Assembly (NCBI GenBank): GCA_022706785.1
Contig: JAKJBW010000002.1
Span: forward strand, 33,367 to 97,366
Length of the DNA: 64,000 bases
Direction of reading: 5' to 3'
Source: Bacillota bacterium
Lineage (GTDB): Bacteria; Bacillota; Clostridia; UBA1381; UMGS1253
Position 1 is the first letter of the stretch. The number at the start of each line of letters is the position of its first letter. The position numbers and the translations under genes are program-made. Shown here in pieces: positions 46,570 to 55,800 of the stretch. The notes below the pieces were generated by a model. That model was given only the letters and a program-made list of their open reading frames with translations. It did not search any database and had not been told where the DNA came from.

Positions 46570-47847
46570 TTACGATTTTTTGTGTTTAATAGCCTCCCAA
46601 TAAGCCGCCAGTGCGTTTTCGTTTTTATTGTCGCCATGACGGTAATATACCGCATCCTTGATATTATCGGGCAGGTACTGCTGCGCCACATAATTGCCCT
46701 CAAAATCGTGCGGGTATTTGTAGCCTTGCCCGCGACCCAGCGACTTTGCGCCGCTGTAGTGGGCATCCTTTAAATGGGCGGGAATATCGCCTGTGTCCAT
46801 CATTTCGATATCGCGCATCGCCGCGTTAATGGCGCAAACGGCTGAATTGGATTTGGGTGCGCACGACAGCAGTATGACAGCCTGGGCCAGCGGGATCTGC
46901 GCTTCGGGCAGCCCCAGCTGGAGCGCGCAGTCCACGCATGATTTAACAATACTCACCGCCTGGGGGTAGGCAAGCCCCACATCCTCCGCCGCCATGACCA
47001 TAAGGCGGCGGCAGGCCGAAATCAGGTCGCCCGCAGACAGCAGGCGGGCCAGATAGTGCAGCGCTGCGTCGGGATCCGAGCCGCGGACAGACTTTTGAAA
47101 CGCGCTTAGAATATCATAATGGCTGTCGCCGTCCCGGTCATAGCGCATTGCCTTGCGCTGCGTCGCAGCGCCGGCGTCCTGCAGTGAAACCGACAGGTTG
47201 CCGTTTTTATCAGGAGTGGCCGCCATCACGCACAGCTCCAGTGAGTTAAGCGCCTTGCGCACGTCCCCGCCGCTTACCCGTGCCAGGTGGTCTGGCACAC
47301 CGTCTGCAAGTGTGATGCGCACACCGCCCATCTCAGCGGAGAGCATAACCACCGCACGCCCAAGCGCCCTTACAATATCCGGCGCTTCCACCGGCTTGAA
47401 CTCAAAAACGTTGGCACGGGATAGGATAGCGTTGTAGATATAAAAATACGGGTTTTCAGTCGTTGAGGCGATCAGCGTGATCCGACCGTTTTCGATGAAC
47501 TCCAAAAGCGACTGCTGCTGCTTTTTATTGAAGTTTTGTATCTCGTCCAGATACAAAAGCACGCCGTTCATGGTGGTAAGGCTGTCAAGCTCGCCCACAA
47601 TAGAGCGGATATCGCCCACGGACGCGGTGGTGGCGTTTAGCTTGTAGAGCTTTTTGCCGGTTCCGGCGGCGATGATGTTGGCAATCGTGGTTTTGCCCGT
47701 TCCGCTTGGGCCATAGAAGATCAGGTTGGGGATATTGCCGCTTTTTATCAGGTTATAAAGGATTTGCCCCTTGCCTAAAATATGCCCTTGCCCCACCACC
47801 TCGTCCAGGGCGGAAGGCCTTATGCGGTCTGCCAGCGGCGTATGCAT
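46570..47847 (-). CDS. rarA: replication-associated recombination protein A (AAA+ ATPase)
   Basis: PLADRIRP..LDEVVGQ.H, GPSGTGKTT, LYLDEIQNFNK, and the C-terminal MgsA domain YDILSAFQKSVRGSD. Confidence 0.9.
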   Translation of the reverse strand: MHTPLADRIRPSALDEVVGQGHILGKGQILYNLIKSGNIPNLIFYGPSGTGKTTIANIIAAGTGKKLYKLNATTASVGDIRSIVGELDSLTTMNGVLLYLDEIQNFNKKQQQSLLEFIENGRITLIASTTENPYFYIYNAILSRANVFEFKPVEAPDIVRALGRAVVMLSAEMGGVRITLADGVPDHLARVSGGDVRKALNSLELCVMAATPDKNGNLSVSLQDAGAATQRKAMRYDRDGDSHYDILSAFQKSVRGSDPDAALHYLARLLSAGDLISACRRLMVMAAEDVGLAYPQAVSIVKSCVDCALQLGLPEAQIPLAQAVILLSCAPKSNSAVCAINAAMRDIEMMDTGDIPAHLKDAHYSGAKSLGRGQGYKYPHDFEGNYVAQQYLPDNIKDAVYYRHGDNKNENALAAYWEAIKHKKS

Positions 47848-47871
47848 GCCTAATGCCTCCTTTTGTTTTTA

Positions 47872-47889
47872 GTCGATCCACGCTAAAAC
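47872..47889 (+). repeat. 18-nt motif GTCGATCCACGCTAAAAC (inverted partner of 48006..48023)
   Basis: Its reverse complement matches 48006..48023 at 16 of 18 positions and 63184..63201 at 16 of 18. Confidence 0.7.
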
Positions 47890-48005
47890 AGTCTGGTCTT
47901 TGAGGCCTTTTTCCCACCATGCTGCGTTGTCGTCCCAGGCGGGCGCCAGCCCGCCGTCGTCCTTCGCCTTGCCTGGCGGGAAAAATTCTCGCAAATCTTC
48001 AGACC

Positions 48006-48023
48006 CTTTTGGCGTGGATCAAC
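48006..48023 (+). repeat. 18-nt motif CTTTTGGCGTGGATCAAC
   Basis: Near-identical to 63184..63201 (CTTTTGGCGTGGATCGAC). Confidence 0.7.
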
Positions 48024-48196
48024 ATACAAAGCGGATAAAAATACTCAAATTTCTGGCCGGAACAAAAAAAATTCTATATCAGTTGCAGCCGCGTCCATGG
48101 CCAGGTGATTGTAAAATCAAAAAACTGCGACACAAAGGCCGCAGCTTCTGCAGGACAAGGCCTGCATAAACCGTACGTTTATAAGGTGCTCACAAG

Positions 48197-48490
48197 CTAG
48201 CTCTGAGCCTTTGTAGGCTTATAGACGACAATTTCAACAGACTTTGTCAAAACGTCGGTATAACTGAAAGACACCCGCCTGTTTTCACAATCCTCGGGGG
48301 AAGGGTTGTCCAGACGGATAATAAATATGCTGGGGTACGTACTTTCTATTATACCCTGGCGTACGACCGCCTTTTTACGGCCTTTTTTGGATGTCAGACG
48401 CACCTTTTTTCCAATGTGACTTTGCAGGCTGCGTTTGAGCAGCAGCAGATCATTTTTCTCAATCACCGGTATCACCCTCTGCTTTACCAT
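48197..48490 (-). CDS. veg: Veg family protein
   Basis: LLLLKRSLQSHIGKKVRLTSKKGRKKAVVRQGIIESTYPSIFIIRLD...VSFSYTDVLTKSVEI is colinear with Veg. Confidence 0.8.
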   Translation of the reverse strand: MVKQRVIPVIEKNDLLLLKRSLQSHIGKKVRLTSKKGRKKAVVRQGIIESTYPSIFIIRLDNPSPEDCENRRVSFSYTDVLTKSVEIVVYKPTKAQS

Positions 48491-48595
48491 TGATAAGTCC
48501 AGTATACCACAATATAGTAAAGCTGTCAAGAAAATTTACGCCTGCGCAAAGCCCTGCCAGTTCGGGAAAAACTTGGGCGGGCGAATGGTGTGCGT

Positions 48596-48808
48596 TTAAT
48601 TTATTTTCTTGCTGTTGGTCAATCCTGCGATATAATCAAGGCTCACTTTGTAATATTTGGCAAGTGATATCGCAATATCCAATGGAATTTCACTTTCCCC
48701 TGCTTCATATCTGATGTATGTGGTTTTATGCATATACATCATTTCTGAAATTTGTCTCTGACTTAAGTTCGCGTCTTCTCTTAAATCCCTTATTCGTTTA
48801 TATGGCAC
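48596..48808 (-). CDS. XRE-family helix-turn-helix protein
   Basis: IRDLREDANLSQRQISEMM...TYIRYEAGESEIPLDIAISLAKYY. The GTG start at 48808 lies 7 nt after AGGAGG. Confidence 0.7.
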   Translation of the reverse strand: MPYKRIRDLREDANLSQRQISEMMYMHKTTYIRYEAGESEIPLDIAISLAKYYKVSLDYIAGLTNSKKIN

Positions 48809-48924
48809 ATGAATTCCTCCTGTCAACATAAATACACACAGACATTCTACACCAAATGATGTAATATAACTGATTTTAGGCACCGTGCGGTGTACAAAAT
48901 TAATATAAATGGAGGATATCATGC

Positions 48925-49101
48925 ATGGAAATCAGGATTTGTAAAAATTGCAAAAATTTTAGATTGCATTACATTAAATATTCGAGAGGAAATTATTGCG
49001 CGTTACAATACGGGCATTGCGTAAAACCCCGGCTTAAAAAGCGGTATGCTGATGAAAAAGCGTGTTCATACTGGCAGGAGAGAGATGAAAACTATCATTA
49101 A
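48925..49101 (+). CDS. small Cys-rich hypothetical protein (58 aa, not in the ORF track)
   Basis: Manual translation gives MEIRICKNCKNFRLHYIKYSRGNYCALQYGHCVKPRLKKRYADEKACSYWQERDENYH. GGAGGA sits 8 nt upstream. It is divergent from the XRE gene, and the hairpin 49154..49189 lies downstream. Confidence 0.4.
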   Translation: MEIRICKNCKNFRLHYIKYSRGNYCALQYGHCVKPRLKKRYADEKACSYWQERDENYH

Positions 49102-49334
49102 AAAATATATGCGTAGACAATATGAATACTGCTGCCTTAAATCAATCCAAAATACCAGCCGCAAAAAGAGAAGCGCATTTTGCGGCTGGTAAAATTGCAG
49201 CGTGAGCCTATGGATAATTAAAATTTGGCATATCAAATCCGGCGCCGGCTAATACGCTTTCAAAACGCACGTTTCCTCACAGACAGCACCGTTTTTGCAG
49301 TTGCTTTTTAAAAGACAAACCGAAAGAACGCTTT

Positions 49335-49775
49335 TTAAATTTTTTTGGGCAGAAGCGGCACCATAAATCCGTTGATGGCAACCGTGCTTAAGTCGCCGCC
49401 GATTATCTTGCCGTCATAGCACAAAAGATTTGCCCGCACGCCTTCAATATTATCGGCAAAATTGGTTACACTATAGGTATATCGCGTTACTCTTCGGCCG
49501 CGGTACGGCTTTAGATTCATTCCCGCTTTTTTTTGAAGATCGTTATAATTTTGGTAGACCTTGTCAAAAACTACGGGAATGACTATCGGAACCTGTTCAA
49601 GCATTCCGCCGTTCTCATAGCCCAGGCTTTTCAGATACTGTTCGCACAAGGCAGTTTCACACATGTCGTTTGAAGCCGGAGCAGCGGGCGCGCCCTGCGC
49701 CATAAAGACAAGCGTAATGCCCATGATTATGCATATGCCTATGGCATAGTAAAACATAACCGGATTTCTCATCAT
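49335..49775 (-). CDS. membrane-anchored hypothetical protein (DUF4830-like)
   Basis: It has an N-terminal TM. The C-terminal pattern YRGRRVTRYTY.V.N......VRANLLCYDGKIIGGD resembles DUF4830 as I recall it. Confidence 0.45.
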   Translation of the reverse strand: MMRNPVMFYYAIGICIIMGITLVFMAQGAPAAPASNDMCETALCEQYLKSLGYENGGMLEQVPIVIPVVFDKVYQNYNDLQKKAGMNLKPYRGRRVTRYTYSVTNFADNIEGVRANLLCYDGKIIGGDLSTVAINGFMVPLLPKKI

Positions 49776-50008
49776 CCGTCATCCCCCCCTATTATATTAA
49801 ATATGCATAATTTTCCATGTTTATTATCCGTAAAAATGCAAAAACTCTATGTAGGTGGCATACTGGATATTAACAGCGTCATTGCGCCGCCTCAGCTTGT
49901 TTTTATCATTAGCATAGATAAAACACATGTGTGGCTGCAAACAGCAGTTATGCAAAGTAAAAATTACGTGGAGTTTTGCTATTGTCTAATAGCAGAAAGA
50001 ACGTAGGA

Positions 50009-50245
50009 ATGGAGGAAGACATGACGGTAATTGATACAATTGCATTGGTACTCGTGATCATCGGTGGACTTAACTGGGGATCTGTGGGTATCTTTGGCGT
50101 CGATTTTGTGGCGGCGCTGTTTGGCGGAACAGATGCAGTGTTCTCCAGAATCATTTATGCGTTAGTCGGTCTTGGCGCGCTTTGGTCGATTACACTGTTG
50201 TTTAAGGAAAAGGTACCTGAAGCGTCGGAACGCGACGTAAGGTAG
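50009..50245 (+). CDS. DUF378 family small membrane protein
   Basis: IALVLVIIGGLNWGSVGIFGVDFVAALFG is the DUF378 signature. The start is either 50009 or 50021. Confidence 0.7.
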   Translation: MEEDMTVIDTIALVLVIIGGLNWGSVGIFGVDFVAALFGGTDAVFSRIIYALVGLGALWSITLLFKEKVPEASERDVR

Positions 50246-50304
50246 GTTTAGTCCACATAGCAAGAGCGAACAAAGCCGGAAGGACTTCGGCGCATAACAG
50301 AGCA

Positions 50305-50349
50305 AAAGGACTGATTTTCGCATATCACAAATCAGTCCTTTTTGTTTTG
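50305..50349 (+). terminator. intrinsic terminator
   Basis: AAAGGACTGAT...ATCAGTCCTTT followed by TTGTTTTG. Confidence 0.7.
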
Positions 50350-50417
50350 TCCTGCCCAAAGCAGACAGCGTGACGGATCATTCATAAAAAGTTCAAATTT
50401 ATTTTTAAAAATACATA

Positions 50418-50465
50418 TTGACAAGTCGTATCGGAAAGACTATACTAAGGTCAAAGAAGGTCAAA
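50418..50465 (+). promoter_or_regulatory. ctsR operon promoter with overlapping CtsR operator
   Basis: TTGACA, 17-nt spacer, TATACT, followed immediately by the direct heptad repeat GGTCAAA-GAA-GGTCAAA (50449..50465). This matches the published CtsR box. Confidence 0.8.
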
Positions 50466-50518
50466 GTCTAATTTAAAGTTTTTTTAATTTATTTTGACCG
50501 CTAAGAGGTGGGATCCAA

Positions 50519-50962
50519 ATGAAGCTTAGTGACGTTATTGAAAATTTTTTGCTTGAGCTTTTAGGGCAGGATACCGATATTATCTTAAAACGCAATGAAC
50601 TGGCAACGCAGTTTAACTGCGCCCCCTCACAGATAAATTATGTAATAGACACGCGCTTTACCGGCCAGCGCGGCTACATTGTGGAAAGTCAGCGCGGCGG
50701 CGGCGGTTATATCCGCATCCACCGCGTCAATATAGATCAAAGCAACTACCTCATGCATGTGATAAATTCAGTCGGCACACATATCAGCTTTGCATCTGTT
50801 CAGGCATTTTTGGCAAACATGGCAGGCCAAAGCGTCATTACAGACAGGGAGATGCGCCTTATTCTGACCGCGCTTTCCGACAGGTCGATAGGGCCAAACC
50901 ACCCTGACCGTGACGCGGCAAGGGCGGAGATCTTTAAAAACATGCTGCTGCGGCTGATATGA
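50519..50962 (+). CDS. ctsR: class III stress-gene repressor CtsR
   Basis: MKLSDVIENFLLELL...RNELA..F.CAPSQINYVI.TRFT...GY.VES.RGGGGYIRI. Confidence 0.9.
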   Translation: MKLSDVIENFLLELLGQDTDIILKRNELATQFNCAPSQINYVIDTRFTGQRGYIVESQRGGGGYIRIHRVNIDQSNYLMHVINSVGTHISFASVQAFLANMAGQSVITDREMRLILTALSDRSIGPNHPDRDAARAEIFKNMLLRLI

Positions 50963-51013
50963 TTTTGTTTTGCAAACCTCGTACACTGTTTGCAGGAAAG
51001 GAGCCTTTTTATT

Positions 51014-51391
51014 ATGTTTTTTGATTTGTTTTCAGATTTTTTTGAAAGCGGCGTCAATGTATTTGTGCCTGCGCCCGCTTCACTGCCTAATATCACTTGC
51101 CCTACCTGCCACATGACGCTGGGTGAGTTTGCAAAAACGGGTAAGCTCGGCTGCAGTGATTGCTACGAAGCCTTCAGGCCGCAACTGGTGCAGGTGTTAA
51201 AAAGCGTTCATGGCAACGCCGAGCATATCGGGAAAACGCCTGAAAACGTCAGCGAAAAGCTCAAAATAAAGCGTGAGCACAGCAGGCTGAAGTCGGCGCT
51301 TGACGCCGCGGTCGCCGCAGAAAATTTTGAGGAGGCCGCCGCTTTGCGCGACCGGGTCAGGGACCTTGAACGGCAGGAGGGAATGGTATGA
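51014..51391 (+). CDS. mcsA: McsA-like protein arginine kinase activator (single zinc ribbon plus UVR motif)
   Basis: CPTC...CSDCYEAF zinc ribbon and a C-terminal UVR-like EENFEEAAALRDRVRDLE. It lies between ctsR and mcsB. Confidence 0.75.
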   Translation: MFFDLFSDFFESGVNVFVPAPASLPNITCPTCHMTLGEFAKTGKLGCSDCYEAFRPQLVQVLKSVHGNAEHIGKTPENVSEKLKIKREHSRLKSALDAAVAAENFEEAAALRDRVRDLERQEGMV

Positions 51392-52422
51392 CGGCATGGT
51401 ATGAAAACAGCGGCGCGCAGGGCGATGTGGTGCTCAGCACTCGTGTGCGCCTGGCACGCAATATAGCCAGTCTGCCGTTTGCCGCAAGCTGGAGCGATGC
51501 GTCGGCGGCAATGGTGATCGGCGCCGTGCGCGATGCTGTCATGGGCAGTGCAAAGAAGCTGGGCAGAAAATTTGAGTTTTTGAACCTGGACAACGCCATG
51601 CAAAACGACAAGCTGGTTTTGGTGGAGGATCATCTTATCAGTCACGAAATGCTGCAGGGAAAAAACAAGGCTCTCCTGCTAAGCAAGGAGCAGGACATCA
51701 GCATCATGCTTGGGGAAGAGGATCACATCCGGCTTCAGGTCATACTGCCGGGGCTTGCGATTAAAGAGGCGCTTGCCCTTGCCGACAGGGTCGACGACGC
51801 GATAGGCGGGAAAGTGGAATATGCCTTTGATGAAACGTTCGGTTACCTCACGCGCTGCCCGACAAACGTCGGGACAGGACTTCGCGCATCGCTGATGCTC
51901 CATGTCCCCGCGCTTAAAATGACTGGCCGGATGAATGTTTTAGCCGGCAGCGCCGGCAAGCTGGGGCTTACTATCCGCGGCATGTACGGCGAGGGCAGCG
52001 ATGCTAAGGGCGATCTGTTCCAGCTTTCCAACCAGATCACGCTGGGCATAAGTGAAGGGCAGGCCGCCGAAAAGCTTGAAAAGGTAGCTATGCAGATGAT
52101 AAGCGCCGAGCGCCAGCTGCGTCAAAAGCTAAGGGACGAAAACCCTATCCCAATGGCCGACAGGCTGTACCGTGCCTTGGGTACCCTGCGTTACGCCCGC
52201 ACAATGTCCTCCGACGAATGCAAGCATCTTTTATCCGAGGTTAAGCTGGGCATTCATATGGGTATAATAAATGATATAGCGCCTGAAGTGATCACCAGGC
52301 TTATGGTGGGTACCGAGCCAGCGCATATCAACCGGGTGGCAGGCGAAGTCCTTGCGCCGGAAAAGCGGGACGAGCTGCGCGGCGAAATGGTGCGCAAGGC
52401 GCTAGAAGCTTCGCCAAATTAA
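51388..52422 (+). CDS. mcsB: protein arginine kinase McsB
   Basis: Phosphagen-kinase-like core: SRVRLARN, EEDHIR.Q, CPTNVGTGLRAS, RG..GEGS. Confidence 0.9.
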   Translation: MTAWYENSGAQGDVVLSTRVRLARNIASLPFAASWSDASAAMVIGAVRDAVMGSAKKLGRKFEFLNLDNAMQNDKLVLVEDHLISHEMLQGKNKALLLSKEQDISIMLGEEDHIRLQVILPGLAIKEALALADRVDDAIGGKVEYAFDETFGYLTRCPTNVGTGLRASLMLHVPALKMTGRMNVLAGSAGKLGLTIRGMYGEGSDAKGDLFQLSNQITLGISEGQAAEKLEKVAMQMISAERQLRQKLRDENPIPMADRLYRALGTLRYARTMSSDECKHLLSEVKLGIHMGIINDIAPEVITRLMVGTEPAHINRVAGEVLAPEKRDELRGEMVRKALEASPN

Positions 52423-52501
52423 ATTTTACCATAACGTATATTTTGTTTTTAAGATAAAGCGCAGGCTTTGGTCCTGCCCAAGATGAAAGGAGATGTCTGT
52501 T

Positions 52502-54973
52502 ATGACGTTTGATAACCGTTTCACCCAAAAAGCGCAGGATGCCCTGCGGCTGGCACATAGCGCCGCATGTGAGCTTGGGCACAATTACATCGGAAGTGAG
52601 CATCTGTTAGTCGGTCTGACCAGGGAAAACTCCGGTGTTGCCGGTAAAATGCTTGAGGCAAAGGGGCTCCAAGCAGACGCGGTGCTGCAAAAAATCGTGG
52701 AGCTTACCGGAAGCGGCGAGCCGCTTGATGCGAATTCACAGCTTCTTATGACGCCCCGCACCAAGCGGATAGTTGAGCTTAGCTTTGCCGAGTCGCGCAG
52801 GCTGGGGCATAACTTTATCGGCACCGAGCATATCCTGATGGCTATTATCCGGGAAGGTGAGAGCGTAGCGGTCAAGATCATGCTGGATATGGGCATCAAC
52901 CTTCAGAGCTTCTACTCCGAGATCATCACCTCACTGTCCAGTTATGGCACCGGTGGTACGGAAAACAAAGCGGGTATGGGCCAGCCTGCCAAAAACCCAA
53001 AAACACCTACCCTAAATCAGTTCGGCCGCGACTTTTCCCAAATGGCAAAGGAGGGTAAATTTGACCCTGTTATTGGCCGAAACAAGGAAATCTCGCGTGT
53101 GATTCAGATATTGTCGCGCCGTACCAAAAATAATCCCTGTCTTATCGGCGAGCCCGGCGTGGGCAAAACCGCGATCGCCGAAGGGCTCGCCCAGAAGATA
53201 GTGGACGGTGATGTACCTGAAATCCTTAAAAACAAGCGTTTGTTTACGCTTGATCTTTCTTCCATGGTGGCAGGGGCAAAGTATCGCGGAGAATTTGAGG
53301 AAAGGCTTAAAACAGCCATAGAAGAGGTCATCAAATCCGGCGATGTCATTTTGTTCATAGACGAAATCCATACGCTTATTGGCGCCGGCGCTGCCGAAGG
53401 CGCGATTGACGCCGCCAATATTTTAAAGCCGTCGCTGGCGCGTGGTGAAATACAGGTGATAGGCGCAACGACGCTGGATGAATACCGCAAACATATAGAG
53501 AAGGACGCGGCCTTAGAGCGCCGTTTCCAGCCCATCACCGTCGGTGAGCCCACAGAGGAGGAAGCGCTTGAAATATTAAAGGGTATCCGTGATAAATATG
53601 AGGCCCATCACGGTGTGAAGATCACCGACGAGGCGCTCAAATCGGCGGTCGAGCTGTCAGCACGCTATATCACCGACCGCTTCCTGCCCGACAAAGCCAT
53701 TGATCTGATCGACGAGGCTGCCTCCAAGGTGCGGCTCGGCAAGCTTACCGCACCGCCCAAGCTCAAAGCGCTGGAGGATCAGTTTGCCGCGATCACAGCG
53801 GAAAAGGAGTCGGCTATAACGACACAGGACTTTGAACGTGCCGCGTCGCTGCGTGACGAAGAGATGACGCTTAAAAAACAGCTGGAGGATGAGCAGGCCT
53901 CCTGGAAGCATAAAAATACCACAAACTATGCCTGTGTGGACTCCGACCAGGTAGCAGCCATCATCTCCGACTGGACCAATATTCCGGTTTCGCGGCTCAC
54001 CACATCTGAGTCCGACCGTCTTTTGAATCTGGAAGAGGCGCTGCACAAGCGCGTTATCGGTCAGCAGGAGGCGGTAAATACCCTGGCGCGCGCTATCCGC
54101 CGCGGCCGCGTAGGGCTTTCCGACCCTAAGCGCCCAATAGGCTCGTTTATCTTTTTAGGTCCCACAGGCGTGGGCAAGACAGAGCTTTCAAAAGCGCTTG
54201 CCGAGGTTATGTTCGGATCGGAAAACGACATGATCCGTATTGATATGTCGGAATACATGGAAAAGCATTCGGTATCGCGCATGGTTGGGTCGCCTCCGGG
54301 ATATGTGGGCTACGACGATGCGGGCCAGCTCACCGAAAAAGTGCGCCGCAAGCCGTACAGCGTTATTTTGTTCGACGAGATCGAAAAGGCGCATCCGGAT
54401 GTGTTCAATATCCTTTTGCAAATCCTGGAGGACGGTATTCTGACGGATTCTCAGGGGCGGCGTGTGGATTTTAGGAATACGGTTATCATCATGACCTCCA
54501 ACACAGGTGCGCGGCTGATTACCGATACCGCCAAGCGGCTCGGATTCGACACCAGTGCGGACAAAAAGGCAAGCGACTACAACACCATTAAGGAGAATGT
54601 GCTCGGTGAGCTTAAAAAGCACTTCCGGCCCGAATTCCTAAACAGGGTTGACGACACGATTGTGTTCCACCAGCTGTCCGAAGCCGAGATTGAGCAGATT
54701 GCGGGGCTGATGTTTGAAAACCTTCAAAAACGGCTTGCCAACAACGGTATTATCGCTTCGTTTACCGATGCGGCTGTTGGCGCCATTGCTAAAGAAGGCT
54801 TTGACCCCATCTATGGTGCAAGACCTTTGCGGCGTGCGATCCAGGCTAAGGTGGAGGATGTGCTTGCCGAAAAAATGCTGGACGGGACCGTTAAGCAGGG
54901 TGATACGGTTACAATTGATATAGTTGATGGTAAGGTTATAGTAAAGCCTTCTGTTTTGGAAGCGAGTGTATAA
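52502..54973 (+). CDS. clpC: ATP-dependent Clp protease ATP-binding subunit ClpC
   Basis: Clp_N repeats, two AAA modules (GEPGVGKTA; GPTGVGKTE), an internal UVR motif ([13 protein letters not shown]) and the C-terminal D2-small domain. Confidence 0.95.
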   Translation: MTFDNRFTQKAQDALRLAHSAACELGHNYIGSEHLLVGLTRENSGVAGKMLEAKGLQADAVLQKIVELTGSGEPLDANSQLLMTPRTKRIVELSFAESRRLGHNFIGTEHILMAIIREGESVAVKIMLDMGINLQSFYSEIITSLSSYGTGGTENKAGMGQPAKNPKTPTLNQFGRDFSQMAKEGKFDPVIGRNKEISRVIQILSRRTKNNPCLIGEPGVGKTAIAEGLAQKIVDGDVPEILKNKRLFTLDLSSMVAGAKYRGEFEERLKTAIEEVIKSGDVILFIDEIHTLIGAGAAEGAIDAANILKPSLARGEIQVIGATTLDEYRKHIEKDAALERRFQPITVGEPTEEEALEILKGIRDKYEAHHGVKITDEALKSAVELSARYITDRFLPDKAIDLIDEAASKVRLGKLTAPPKLKALEDQFAAITAEKESAITTQDFERAASLRDEEMTLKKQLEDEQASWKHKNTTNYACVDSDQVAAIISDWTNIPVSRLTTSESDRLLNLEEALHKRVIGQQEAVNTLARAIRRGRVGLSDPKRPIGSFIFLGPTGVGKTELSKALAEVMFGSENDMIRIDMSEYMEKHSVSRMVGSPPGYVGYDDAGQLTEKVRRKPYSVILFDEIEKAHPDVFNILLQILEDGILTDSQGRRVDFRNTVIIMTSNTGARLITDTAKRLGFDTSADKKASDYNTIKENVLGELKKHFRPEFLNRVDDTIVFHQLSEAEIEQIAGLMFENLQKRLANNGIIASFTDAAVGAIAKEGFDPIYGARPLRRAIQAKVEDVLAEKMLDGTVKQGDTVTIDIVDGKVIVKPSVLEASV

Positions 54974-55000
54974 GAAAGCATGACAGGTAAAGAAGTGTCA

Positions 55001-55030
55001 GAAAAGTCCGGCTGCGCCGGACTTTTCTTT
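55001..55030 (+). terminator. intrinsic terminator after clpC
   Basis: GAAAAGTCCGG-CTGCG-CCGGACTTTTC followed by TTT. Confidence 0.75.
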
Positions 55031-55155
55031 ATGCCTTTTTATATCATGTAAAAATGGCCTTTAAGCCAGGCAGGATAAAACACAAATTCACTCATAATAT
55101 TTTGTTTATGGTGTAAACTACCTATATGTATATTTTTAAATAACGGAGCGGTAAT

Positions 55156-55629
55156 ATGAATATAAATGTGTTGATTTTGGGCATAGCCTGGATCCTGACA
55201 ATCACAATGCTGATTGTCTTTGTCCCCAAGAATAAAGTGAGAGAAGCACAGGTCATCTTCTTTTTCAAGCAGATGATTACCTGGATTTCAGGTCTTGTTG
55301 TAGCGCAATATGGTCTGGTTGAATATCCCGTACGTGAATTTGCCAATGCCACTAAAGCAAGCTTTTGCTTTGAGTATTTCGTCTACCCTTCCATTTGTGT
55401 TGTTTTCAATCTGTATTATCCTGAACACAGAAGCCGGATAAAACAGTTTTTGTACTATATTTACTATTGTACGGTGATGACCATTATAGAAGTCTTGTGT
55501 GAAAAATATACAAACCTGGTCGCTTATATCCACTGGACATGGTATGTCACATGGCTTACTTTTTTCGTCACCTTTTATATCTCCAGAAAATATTATGTCT
55601 GGTTTTTCAGAAAGTATCGCAGCGTCTGA
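55156..55629 (+). CDS. small multi-pass membrane protein (CBO0543-family-like)
   Basis: 157 aa with about 4-5 TM segments. The family name is from memory of similar clostridial proteins. Confidence 0.5.
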   Translation: MNINVLILGIAWILTITMLIVFVPKNKVREAQVIFFFKQMITWISGLVVAQYGLVEYPVREFANATKASFCFEYFVYPSICVVFNLYYPEHRSRIKQFLYYIYYCTVMTIIEVLCEKYTNLVAYIHWTWYVTWLTFFVTFYISRKYYVWFFRKYRSV

Positions 55630-55640
55630 CGAACAGGCGT

Positions 55641-55680
55641 GCAAAAGTCCCTGCGGCTGTATGGCCGCAGGGACTTTTGC
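55641..55680. terminator. bidirectional terminator hairpin between convergent genes
   Basis: GCAAAAGTCCCTGCGGC-TGTATG-GCCGCAGGGACTTTTGC, a 17-bp stem. Confidence 0.7.
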
Positions 55681-55800
55681 ACTGATACAGTCTTTTATAA
55701 CGATAGGAAATTACGCCGTTTTGGCGCACTTCCTGAGTTTCAAGAAAGTTTACTTTGAAAAGGTGAGCACAGCGAACATTTGTTGCCGAAGGCAACTTTT

